This document shows, piece by piece, positions 56,780-64,000 of a DNA stretch of 64,000 bases. The notes under the pieces are model-generated. The model saw only the letters and a list, made by a program, of their open reading frames with translations, searched no databases and was not told the DNA's origin. Positions within the stretch are counted from its first letter, which is position 1. Every line of letters starts with the position of its first letter. The position numbers were made by a program, and so were the translations under genes. The stretch is from an uncultured virus (IMG/VR IMGVR_UViG_3300021131_000005) (Duplodnaviria; Heunggongvirae; Uroviricota; Caudoviricetes). Location of the stretch: the IMG/VR virus record IMGVR_UViG_3300021131_000005; one strand, written 5' to 3'.

Positions 56780-57016
56780 TCATTTGCAGTAAGTTTCGTT
56801 GTAGTATTGTTCGCCGAAAGTTGTTTCAGTTCCATGAATACCTATTTCAATATCGTTTGATATTAAAATGTTTTTGTGAACATTAGCAGCGTCTATAATC
56901 TGTTTGCGTTCAATTTCTAAACACTTTTCTTTCAATCCTTTATAAAACTGAAATGTCTCTATTGTCATTTGTCTTTCTAGTTCTTCGCAAAACATTTGTA
57001 AAGCTGTCTTTTCCAT
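56780..57016 (-). CDS. hypothetical phage protein
   Basis: KTAL..ERKQIIDA..EQYYNETY pattern typical of Bacteroidota phage small ORFs. Confidence 0.65.
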   Translation of the reverse strand: MEKTALQMFCEELERQMTIETFQFYKGLKEKCLEIERKQIIDAANVHKNILISNDIEIGIHGTETTFGEQYYNETYCK

Positions 57017-57018
57017 AA

Positions 57019-57270
57019 TTACATTTGTTTAAGGTGTTCGAGAATTTGTTGATAATGCTTAACATCACTTACGAAAAAATCCGTATCATAAATGTGTTCT
57101 GTGTATGGTTTAGCATAGTTTATTATCGCTTCCACTTCCGTTATGGCGCATTGGATAGCAGATTTAAAAGCTATACCGCCTTTAAATAAATCCCCGTTAG
57201 TGTCAAATATCATAATACTTTTTGAGTACCAATTTTCCACTATCTCTAATGCTTGTTGTTCAATTGTCAT
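57019..57270 (-). CDS. hypothetical phage protein
   Basis: AIQCAITEVEAII pattern. Confidence 0.6.
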   Translation of the reverse strand: MTIEQQALEIVENWYSKSIMIFDTNGDLFKGGIAFKSAIQCAITEVEAIINYAKPYTEHIYDTDFFVSDVKHYQQILEHLKQM

Positions 57271-57272
57271 AA

Positions 57273-57473
57273 TTAATAACGTTTAGTTTTAATTGGGTTA
57301 TCAAATGGGCTTCTTTGCCACCTTTCCATAAGTTCAGCATAAACCCAATGTCTGCACTTGACCACTCGTTTGAGGCGTGACCCAAGTTTATTTCCTTTAG
57401 TCTTACTTTTACCCCATTTCAACCTTAACGATATTTCATCGTATAAGTCTATTCTATTTCTTACTTTTCCCAT
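57273..57473 (-). CDS. hypothetical basic protein
   Basis: ORF coupled to its neighbours. Confidence 0.45.
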   Translation of the reverse strand: MGKVRNRIDLYDEISLRLKWGKSKTKGNKLGSRLKRVVKCRHWVYAELMERWQRSPFDNPIKTKRY

Positions 57474-57840
57474 TTTACTTCAATTTCTTTGTTAAAAAAT
57501 AGCCTTATAAGCTGTTGTAGTTGGTGAAGGTATAAAACTCTACTAGGGTGCATAGGGTAACCCCAAGGACAACATTGAAATATTTTTTTATCTTCTATCC
57601 AATCCATTAAAATGTACTCATAGCAATACATTTCTTTAGTTCTACCATCTGAATGGGTTTGCATTACTTCTTTATAAACCCCTCTATCCTTTCCATAAGT
57701 TCTGGTGAAAGAGGAATAAATTGTATATTGCCAGTAAAAGCAGGATTATTTTCTAAGCTAAGAATAGTATTTGCATTTACTTTTGTTTGTATGCCATTTC
57801 TCAGAACACAATCCCCAACCATCAAGTTTAAGTTAGTCAT
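57461..57840 (-). pseudogene. frameshifted gene split into 57664..57840 and 57461..57664
   Basis: N-half LMVGD..FIPLSPELMERIEGF and C-half LYLHQLQQLIRL look like the two ends of one phage protein family; adding one A at ata-aag joins them. Confidence 0.5.
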
Positions 57841-57986
57841 GTTTAGTATTTTTAAATTGTGATAAATATACTCTTACCTGCCTTTTTCCACTACGCCTAA
57901 GTTTCATGTTAGTTATCCTAAGTCGCCACCTAAGACGTGAACATTTATATTCTTCATTTGAAGGCACACTACATTTCCACATCATT

Positions 57987-58283
57987 CTATAATTTAATTG
58001 TTATTGGATAGGATAAATAATCTTTTAGCCTTTCTTCACGCTTTATCAAGTCGTAATTTTTACCACTACAAAAACCTTTACTAAAAGCATCCTCAACAAT
58101 AGGTGTTAGGGGTGTGGTGTTAGATTTAAGCTGTTCAAGAGCTTGTATTCTACATTTCCAACCTTGGGCATATTCAGGTAAACTATTTTCTAAATGAACC
58201 TTTAATGATGCTATTTCATTTTCCAACCATCCCCTACTGATAACTATCCCATCTTCGGGAAGGATTTGTTTAGTGTTGTTCAT
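57987..58283 (-). CDS. hypothetical protein, paralogue of the gene at 59580
   Basis: MNNTKQILPEDGIVISRGWLE versus MSNTKQILPSDGLVISREWLE. Confidence 0.65.
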   Translation of the reverse strand: MNNTKQILPEDGIVISRGWLENEIASLKVHLENSLPEYAQGWKCRIQALEQLKSNTTPLTPIVEDAFSKGFCSGKNYDLIKREERLKDYLSYPITIKL

Positions 58284-58293
58284 TAGTTATTGT

Positions 58294-58554
58294 TTAAATT
58301 TTAGAGAATAATGTTTCTAATCTATGAATTTCACCCATAATAAGAATTTTTCTTTGATTGTAAAAAAACTCTACTTGTGATTTAGTTAGGTATAATTTTG
58401 TTTGATTTTCTGATTTATAACTACCGCTAACAGTAATATTTATTTCGTAATAATTTCTCAATACAATATTTTTTTCTAAATCATTAAGCTCTCTTTTAGC
58501 TTAAATTATTTTATCTTGTAATTTTTTACCTTCGATTAACTGTTCTTTTGTCAT
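58294..58554 (-). pseudogene. 87-codon reading frame interrupted by in-frame TAA at 58501-58503
   Basis: MTKEQLIEGKKLQDKII*AKRELNDLEK..ETLFSKI* exactly fills the gap between neighbours. Confidence 0.6.
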
Positions 58555-58603
58555 TTTTCTTCAATTTTATTGTTAACGGGATACCCCAAGTCGGGGCGTT
58601 TGC

Positions 58604-58864
58604 TCAATTCCATTTGAATGGGTTTCTAATATCAGATTCTTTCCAAACACCAACAAAGCCAAACATTAAAATGCCTAAAATTAAAATAAAGATTAAAGCT
58701 ATATATGATAGTGGGTTATAAGGGTTAAGTCTATGTGCTTCCCAAAACCCACGCCCTAATCTTTTCAATCCCTTTTTATGTCTTTCTTCGTTAGACACTA
58801 TCTGTATAATGCGTAAACTAATTAATATCTTTCTCATTAATATTCTGCTTTTAAAGTTTCCCAT
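58604..58864 (-). CDS. small membrane protein
   Basis: RLNPYNPLSY followed by a TM helix. Confidence 0.55.
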   Translation of the reverse strand: MGNFKSRILMRKILISLRIIQIVSNEERHKKGLKRLGRGFWEAHRLNPYNPLSYIALIFILILGILMFGFVGVWKESDIRNPFKWN

Positions 58865-59346
58865 AAATAATTTTCACCATCATAATCTACTGTGATTTTT
58901 GTGGGGTATGTAGGGGGCGTGATTGAAGAAATAAGTCTATTGCAAGTAGTAGCTTGTAAATCACCATCAATACCACACTCCCAAGCCTTATCTATAATTT
59001 CTTCCAACTCATCCATTGTCAAATGAAACTCCCTACCTACCGATTTGCGACCAGCGAGGAAACTATCCTTTCTTAAATATAACTCATGCCCCGTTAAGTC
59101 ATCAAAACTTTTTTTATTGATGTATTCCTCTGCCAATTCCTCATCAGTCTTTGGTTTGCGGATGAGGGTGGAAGGAAGTAGATAAATTTCATCATACAGT
59201 CTACTATCTTTGTGGCAATCTGTAATATCGGTACTTGCTATTGCCACCATATAGCCATCGGCTTCATCCTCAAACTCTAATAGTCTAATTATACCACCAT
59301 CAATTTCCAGCGTCTCATCTTTTACCCTAAACACTTTCTTTTCCAT
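58837..59346 (-). CDS. hypothetical protein
   Basis: ORF in the minus-strand operon. Confidence 0.6.
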   Translation of the reverse strand: MEKKVFRVKDETLEIDGGIIRLLEFEDEADGYMVAIASTDITDCHKDSRLYDEIYLLPSTLIRKPKTDEELAEEYINKKSFDDLTGHELYLRKDSFLAGRKSVGREFHLTMDELEEIIDKAWECGIDGDLQATTCNRLISSITPPTYPTKITVDYDGENYLWETLKAEY

Positions 59347-59376
59347 GTTTTATTATTTTATCCAATTTATAATCTT

Positions 59377-59580
59377 TTATCCAAGCGTCCTCCAATATTT
59401 GAGTGAGGGGTAGGAGTTATCTCTAACTGCTTTCAATTCCTCAATTACATCAAATATCTCACCCTCTTTTTTACCGTCTGTTTGATGCCAATAGTTTTCC
59501 CATACATTTATCTTTTCTTCCAACCATTCTCTACTGATAACCAACCCATCAGATGGAAGTATTTGTTTAGTGTTGCTCAT
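59377..59580 (-). pseudogene. frameshifted paralogue of 57987..58283
   Basis: One extra C in tac-cccc restores YPLTQILEDAW, matching the paralogue TPLTPIVEDAF. Confidence 0.55.
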
Positions 59581-59723
59581 TTTCTTCGTTTAAATTACTT
59601 AAAATAATACCACCTATAAATGCCATAGGTATACCTAATAGAAACCCTCTATGTACGCTGCATAAATAACCACTAACTACTAGCAGGATTATTCCTAAAT
59701 CTAGTTTAAATTCTTTATTCATT

Positions 59724-59942
59724 TTAAAGAAGTTTTTTTGCATTAGATAATATTTCTTCAACTCTATTGGGATGTGCTATTTTGCCACTTATTACATCTA
59801 TCAATTCCCTATGACTAGCCTCTAATGGGGTGTAGTATGTTTCAAATAATTGCCTACAAGCTAACACCATAGCACCTCTATCACTACCCTTAAATACGGT
59901 AAACGCATCTTGTATTACGTTTTCAATTTGTTCCTTGTTCAT
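59724..59942 (-). CDS. hypothetical protein, first gene of the leftward operon
   Basis: Directly downstream of the minus-strand promoter. Confidence 0.6.
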   Translation of the reverse strand: MNKEQIENVIQDAFTVFKGSDRGAMVLACRQLFETYYTPLEASHRELIDVISGKIAHPNRVEEILSNAKKLL

Positions 59943-59965
59943 TTTTTTACTTTTTTAGTGTAATG

Positions 59966-59997
59966 CAAATGTAAGGGGATAATTTAGAATAACCAAA
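59966..59997 (-). promoter_or_regulatory. canonical Bacteroidota promoter TTTG-N20-TACATTTG
   Basis: Both -33 and -7 elements present with a 20-nt spacer. Confidence 0.8.
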
Positions 59998-60027
59998 CTT
60001 TTTTTTATAATTTGCTAAAAAATACTT

Positions 60028-60059
60028 TTTGGTAAATTAAATATGTATTTATATATTTG
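60028..60059 (+). promoter_or_regulatory. canonical Bacteroidota promoter TTTG-N20-TATATTTG
   Basis: Both elements present; divergent from the 59966 promoter. Confidence 0.8.
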
Positions 60060-60082
60060 CAGCGTATCAAACAAATAAAGTA

Positions 60083-60277
60083 ATGGCAAAAGAAAAAATT
60101 ACATTTCAGCAAGCATTAGTAAAGGCTATGGATGGAAGAACTAACAGGTGGTTAATGAATAAGTGCGGTATTCACGAAAGTGAGTTATCCCGTATAGTAA
60201 AAGGTAGGCTTGCGCCGACAGATGGGCAAGTTGAAAAAATAAAAGTAGTATTTCCTGATTTAAAATTTGATAAATAA
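60083..60277 (+). CDS. XRE/Cro-like HTH regulator
   Basis: NRWLMNKCGIHESELSRIVKGRLAP. Confidence 0.8.
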   Translation: MAKEKITFQQALVKAMDGRTNRWLMNKCGIHESELSRIVKGRLAPTDGQVEKIKVVFPDLKFDK

Positions 60278-60828
60278 TGGTAACAATATATACATTGTCT
60301 ACTAATGTAAATGAAATATTCTATGTAGGTGCTACTAGAAAAACATTAAAGGAAAGGTTTTATGGTCACGGATGCTTATTAAAATCAATGAATTTAAAAA
60401 AGGCAGACGTAAAAATAGAAGAAATTGAAACTTGTAACAATTCTATTGCTAGATACGTTGAGTTATATTGGATTAATCAATTCAAATCTTGGGGATTTAA
60501 TCTTAAAAATAAAGCAATACATAGTTTTAGTTACAGGACATTAAGTGATAGCCCTATTAAATATCCAAATGGAATATCGCCCCTTGATGAATATCAAGAT
60601 AAAATATCGGTACTTAATAAAGAAGTACAACTTAGGGATTTAGATAAATTAACTAGATATAGTAAATTAGGCAGACCAGTTTTATGCTGTAAAGGCACTT
60701 ATTTTAGATATGCTAATAAAAAAGGATATAATGATTGCTTGGCTAAACATATATTTCACGAATTATCAAAAATATTAAAGGCTCGTGGCGTTGATGTTGA
60801 TTCTATATTAAAAGAACTTAACTCTTAA
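60277..60828 (+). CDS. GIY-YIG domain protein
   Basis: IYTLS..FYVGAT..RFYGH..ELYWINQFKSWGFNLKN. Confidence 0.75.
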   Translation: MVTIYTLSTNVNEIFYVGATRKTLKERFYGHGCLLKSMNLKKADVKIEEIETCNNSIARYVELYWINQFKSWGFNLKNKAIHSFSYRTLSDSPIKYPNGISPLDEYQDKISVLNKEVQLRDLDKLTRYSKLGRPVLCCKGTYFRYANKKGYNDCLAKHIFHELSKILKARGVDVDSILKELNS

Positions 60829-60838
60829 AACAAATAAC

Positions 60839-61063
60839 ATGAAAGAAGTAAAACACTTACTATTAGACGCAATCACTTTATGCAATAGTATAGATAACGG
60901 TTTTAGTCTATTTGAAAGCATAGACGATGAACACAAGGTAGATTTACTGTATGATGCTAAAGTCAAACTTGCATCCAAAGTAGCAGAACTTAACAACATT
61001 CTTAACCCACAACCCTTGCAGTCAGTAGTAGAGATTGAAGAGGAAGTGTTAAATGGTAAATAA
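60839..61063 (+). CDS. hypothetical protein
   Basis: ORF coupled to its neighbours. Confidence 0.5.
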   Translation: MKEVKHLLLDAITLCNSIDNGFSLFESIDDEHKVDLLYDAKVKLASKVAELNNILNPQPLQSVVEIEEEVLNGK

Positions 61064-61304
61064 AATGGATTGGATAAAAGTAAGTGATAGGTTGCCTGAT
61101 TATAACATAGAAGTTTTAGTTTTTGGTGAAAGAAAACGCATGAATCCACAAATGGGCGGGGCTTATATACAAATAAGTAAAAGACAAAATTTAGATGGTA
61201 ATTTTACTTTAAGAGAAATTGAGCGTATGCAAGATGAGAATGAATTTTCCCTAATGCAATATGTTACCCACTGGATGCCTTTACCCGAAACCCCACAAGA
61301 TTAA
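61053..61304 (+). CDS. DUF551 family protein
   Basis: WIKVSDRLP..VLV..VTHWMPLPETP. Confidence 0.85.
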   Translation: MVNKMDWIKVSDRLPDYNIEVLVFGERKRMNPQMGGAYIQISKRQNLDGNFTLREIERMQDENEFSLMQYVTHWMPLPETPQD

Positions 61305-61327
61305 TTCACAATTAAACGATAAATAAA

Positions 61328-61780
61328 ATGAGAGTAAAAATTGAAGATTACAGGGGTTGGGAAATAATGTTTGATACAGATGATGAAACTTTCTACACAG
61401 AATCAAACAAATGGGATACTAGCAAGACTAAAAACATCTATTCAAGTGTAAAAAAATACATTGATGATTTTATTAAAGACAATACAAAGTTTGTTCCATT
61501 TTATGTACAAAAACATTACAATGGTGACCCTAAATTAATAATAGGAACTAGAAAAGACGGCGATTTTTTGTATAAGGATAAAAATGGTAGTGTCAATAAA
61601 ATAGGCAGACATGAAGAAAGCGAATATTACAAAGTAAATTCCGATAATGAAAGTATATATTCTGAGTTAAGAATTTTAGACGAAAAATTTGAAGAGTTAA
61701 GACTGAAACAAAAAGAACTTAATTCTAAGTTAATAAAAGTGAAATTGAAAGATATTCGTAATGAATCTATTGAATTTTAA
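61328..61780 (+). CDS. hypothetical protein
   Basis: ORF in the operon. Confidence 0.6.
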   Translation: MRVKIEDYRGWEIMFDTDDETFYTESNKWDTSKTKNIYSSVKKYIDDFIKDNTKFVPFYVQKHYNGDPKLIIGTRKDGDFLYKDKNGSVNKIGRHEESEYYKVNSDNESIYSELRILDEKFEELRLKQKELNSKLIKVKLKDIRNESIEF

Positions 61781-61790
61781 AATAAATAAA

Positions 61791-62156
61791 ATGAGAGAAA
61801 TAATTTTTAAAGGTCGAGTAAAAGACGAAGAGCAAAGCGAATTTTACGACAAATGGTTTTACGGTGATTTGATACAACTTGCAGACGGTTCTACATTTAT
61901 AAGGCAGCAAGAATCAGGTACTGGATTGGAAGTGATACCCGAAACTGTTGGACAATATAGTGGAGTGAGAGATAGGAATGGTAATAAGATATTTGAGGGG
62001 GATATAGTAGATACTCACGCTAACTTTGAAGACCCTTATGTTAGAGAGGTTATTTGGGGTGAAAATTGCGGATTAGAGTTTAAGCCACTTACAGGTTATA
62101 ACCTTTGTAAAGCAAATGAACATCATTTTAAAATCATTCGTAACATTCACGACTAA
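61791..62156 (+). CDS. YopX family protein
   Basis: MREIIFKG, WFYGDL, ETVGQYSG..DRNGNKIFEGDIV and NIHD motifs. Confidence 0.9.
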   Translation: MREIIFKGRVKDEEQSEFYDKWFYGDLIQLADGSTFIRQQESGTGLEVIPETVGQYSGVRDRNGNKIFEGDIVDTHANFEDPYVREVIWGENCGLEFKPLTGYNLCKANEHHFKIIRNIHD

Positions 62157-62241
62157 GCCCCCATACCATGCTTGCCATATTTATAATAACACTAATTATT
62201 GACATCGCTACCTATATAGGGGCGGAAAAAGAAAGAAACTA

Positions 62242-62478
62242 ATGTCTAAACACAAATTCCCACACGGTCACACATTCGGAGGTAGAAAAGAAAAGACGTA
62301 TAAGACGAAGCAGCTACACAGGCGCATACCAGAGGATATATTTACAGAAGTAGCTAGTCAGGTATATGAAATGGTTAAAAATTATGAACTGCTAAACGGT
62401 CACAAAAAGAGTGATAGTTTAGTACACCTTAAAAGTTTGCAAGGGTTATTAGATGATGTTAACGAAACCTTAAAATAA
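62242..62478 (+). CDS. hypothetical protein
   Basis: GGRK motif typical of small DNA-binding proteins. Confidence 0.45.
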   Translation: MSKHKFPHGHTFGGRKEKTYKTKQLHRRIPEDIFTEVASQVYEMVKNYELLNGHKKSDSLVHLKSLQGLLDDVNETLK

Positions 62479-62569
62479 CCTTAAAATACTATTTTGTATA
62501 TTTTGGTATCATTAATTACATTATCTTTGTCCTATCAAAGCAATTAAGCAGCGAGTTAAAAAGAAAAAA

Positions 62570-62767
62570 ATGAAAAATTACAAAGTATGTATCAGTTATG
62601 TATTAGACCCATTTAGGGATAGAAAATTAGATACTCCCGAAACTATTACAGTTGAATTTGATAATGTATTAGCTTCAAACGAAAGCGAAGCAAGAGATTT
62701 GGCGAAAGAAATAAGCCACGAACACGATAATAAAAGTGTTTGGGAAAGTTGGGCTTACGAAAATTAA
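62570..62767 (+). CDS. hypothetical protein
   Basis: Preceded by TATCTTTG at 62522 and an A-rich leader. Confidence 0.55.
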   Translation: MKNYKVCISYVLDPFRDRKLDTPETITVEFDNVLASNESEARDLAKEISHEHDNKSVWESWAYEN

Positions 62768-62806
62768 CTCACAGGGCGGCTAAAAACCGCCCATAAATCT
62801 TAACAC

Positions 62807-63016
62807 ATGAGACACGAAAAAATAATAAAAGACGAAAGGGGAATAATTAGGATAGATGTAAATATGGAATCAAGCTATAATACAGTATATTGGCGTGTAA
62901 ATACATTTCTTAAAGCTCCTAGAAAAAAGAATGAAGTTTGGGTAGAAAATATTGCTACCCCCGCCGAAATACTAGAGGCTAAACTAGAATTGTGGAACTT
63001 AATTAAACCTTCTTAA
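62807..63016 (+). CDS. hypothetical protein
   Basis: ORF in the operon. Confidence 0.55.
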   Translation: MRHEKIIKDERGIIRIDVNMESSYNTVYWRVNTFLKAPRKKNEVWVENIATPAEILEAKLELWNLIKPS

Positions 63017-63126
63017 CATGACACCTACAAACATCAAACACATTCAAACGATATTAATAGTAGCACTATGCTTGGCTATTATGTTGTTTGCTGATAGTAT
63101 TTAATCACATAGTAAAATAGAAAAAA

Positions 63127-63693
63127 ATGAGAGCAAGCAAAGAATTAATCAATCACCTAAGTAGTAGCTTATGGAATGTTATTCAGGCGCAAATACAAAG
63201 TGTATTGAATGGGTTTGAGGGTAATCCATTAGAGGAAACCCCACCACAAAGAGATTGGACGGGGGTGATGTTCAAACACAAGTAAGTGTATAATGGTAAA
63301 ATATACTTTATTAAAGAAAAAGACGTTGACGGATATATAATTACTTGGGGAACAGAAGAAAGAGCTAAATATGATGAAGAGCTTGTAAACGAGTATTTTT
63401 CAAAAGGTACTTGGATAGAAATCCCCAACGACCAACAGCCCACTATCCACGCAGATAAACCCCGTGACCCGCTGAATCTATTTGATATGGAAAAGAGGAT
63501 AGAGGCGTTGGAAGCTGCGACATTTGGAAGCAAACAAAACCTCGACATCGAAGATTGGGAAACGGTTGAGTGTTTGTCTTATGAAGAGATAACAAAAATT
63601 ATAGAAGATAAATGTAGTGGATTACTTGATTGCACCGATAAAGACGATATAGAAGAATTTAAGGCATACATCAAACAAAAACTTAACAAGTAA
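63127..63693 (+). pseudogene. reading frame interrupted by in-frame TAA at 63283-63285 (or two abutting genes)
   Basis: The ORF from ATG 63127 (MRASKELINH..MFKHK*) is in frame with the GTG-start ORF 63286..63693. Confidence 0.5.
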
Positions 63694-63725
63694 ACAGTAA
63701 GGTCACTTTACGACCGTGAAATAAG

Positions 63726-64000
63726 ATGAAACAGTTATTTATCGCACTACTATGCGCATCGTTATTCGCTTCATGCGAAAATGTACCTTCTCAAACAGCA
63801 GATGAGAAAACAACACAAATGCAATCTAACCTTGAACAAGAGGCGGTTGCACAAGTTGGAATCCCTGCAATCCACAATTTTCAAGAAAAGAAGTTGTTAA
63901 AGCAGATATATGAATTAAGGGATAATGAAAAGCTAGTTTGTTATGCCTATTTATTTAATGCTATGCAAGGTAAATTAATTTTTATTGGCAAGTGCATAGG
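63726..64000 (+). CDS. lipoprotein (3' end outside window)
   Basis: MKQLFIALLCASLFAS|C lipobox; GIPAIHNFQEKKLLKQIYELRD. Confidence 0.7.
   Translation, partial: MKQLFIALLCASLFASCENVPSQTADEKTTQMQSNLEQEAVAQVGIPAIHNFQEKKLLKQIYELRDNEKLVCYAYLFNAMQGKLIFIGKCI

Noticed and set aside
1..64000. Stop-codon reassignment as in some crAss-like phages
   Set aside because: Long genes are intact in the standard code, and TAA, TAG and TGA all end genes. The two in-frame TAA cases are isolated.

Overview
This window is a gene-dense, AT-rich section of a Bacteroidota-infecting tailed phage. It has a crAss-like (Crassvirales-like, podovirus) layout and uses the standard genetic code. In order: an LRR-like gene fragment, GIY-YIG and HNH nucleases, and a cluster of glycosyltransferases plus an FkbM methyltransferase (2.3-7.6 kb). 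Next come the terminase large subunit, two GroES-like genes and the portal, a short inverted operon, then scaffold, major capsid, tail-ring and tail-stabilisation genes. A GNAT pair and three candidate ejection proteins (one of 2935 aa) follow, then an M28-like peptidase, a PurD-like ATP-grasp ligase and a CHAP protein. After these are a large fibre gene, lysis genes (holins, u-spanin, GH73-like endolysin), phosphoesterase, receiver-like and nuclease genes, and a divergent accessory region with several broken genes. TAnnTTTG promoters point to a Bacteroidota host. The strongest unexplained signal is that the fibre-like virion proteins carry Sec signal peptides with +1 Gln and are heavily enriched in the Bacteroidota O-glycosylation sequon D-[S/T]-x. 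A comparable S/T-rich structural protein without a signal peptide is not enriched. This suggests the phage exports fibre proteins to the periplasm for glycosylation, possibly helped by its own glycosyltransferases. All calls come from reading motifs by eye; no database searches were run.
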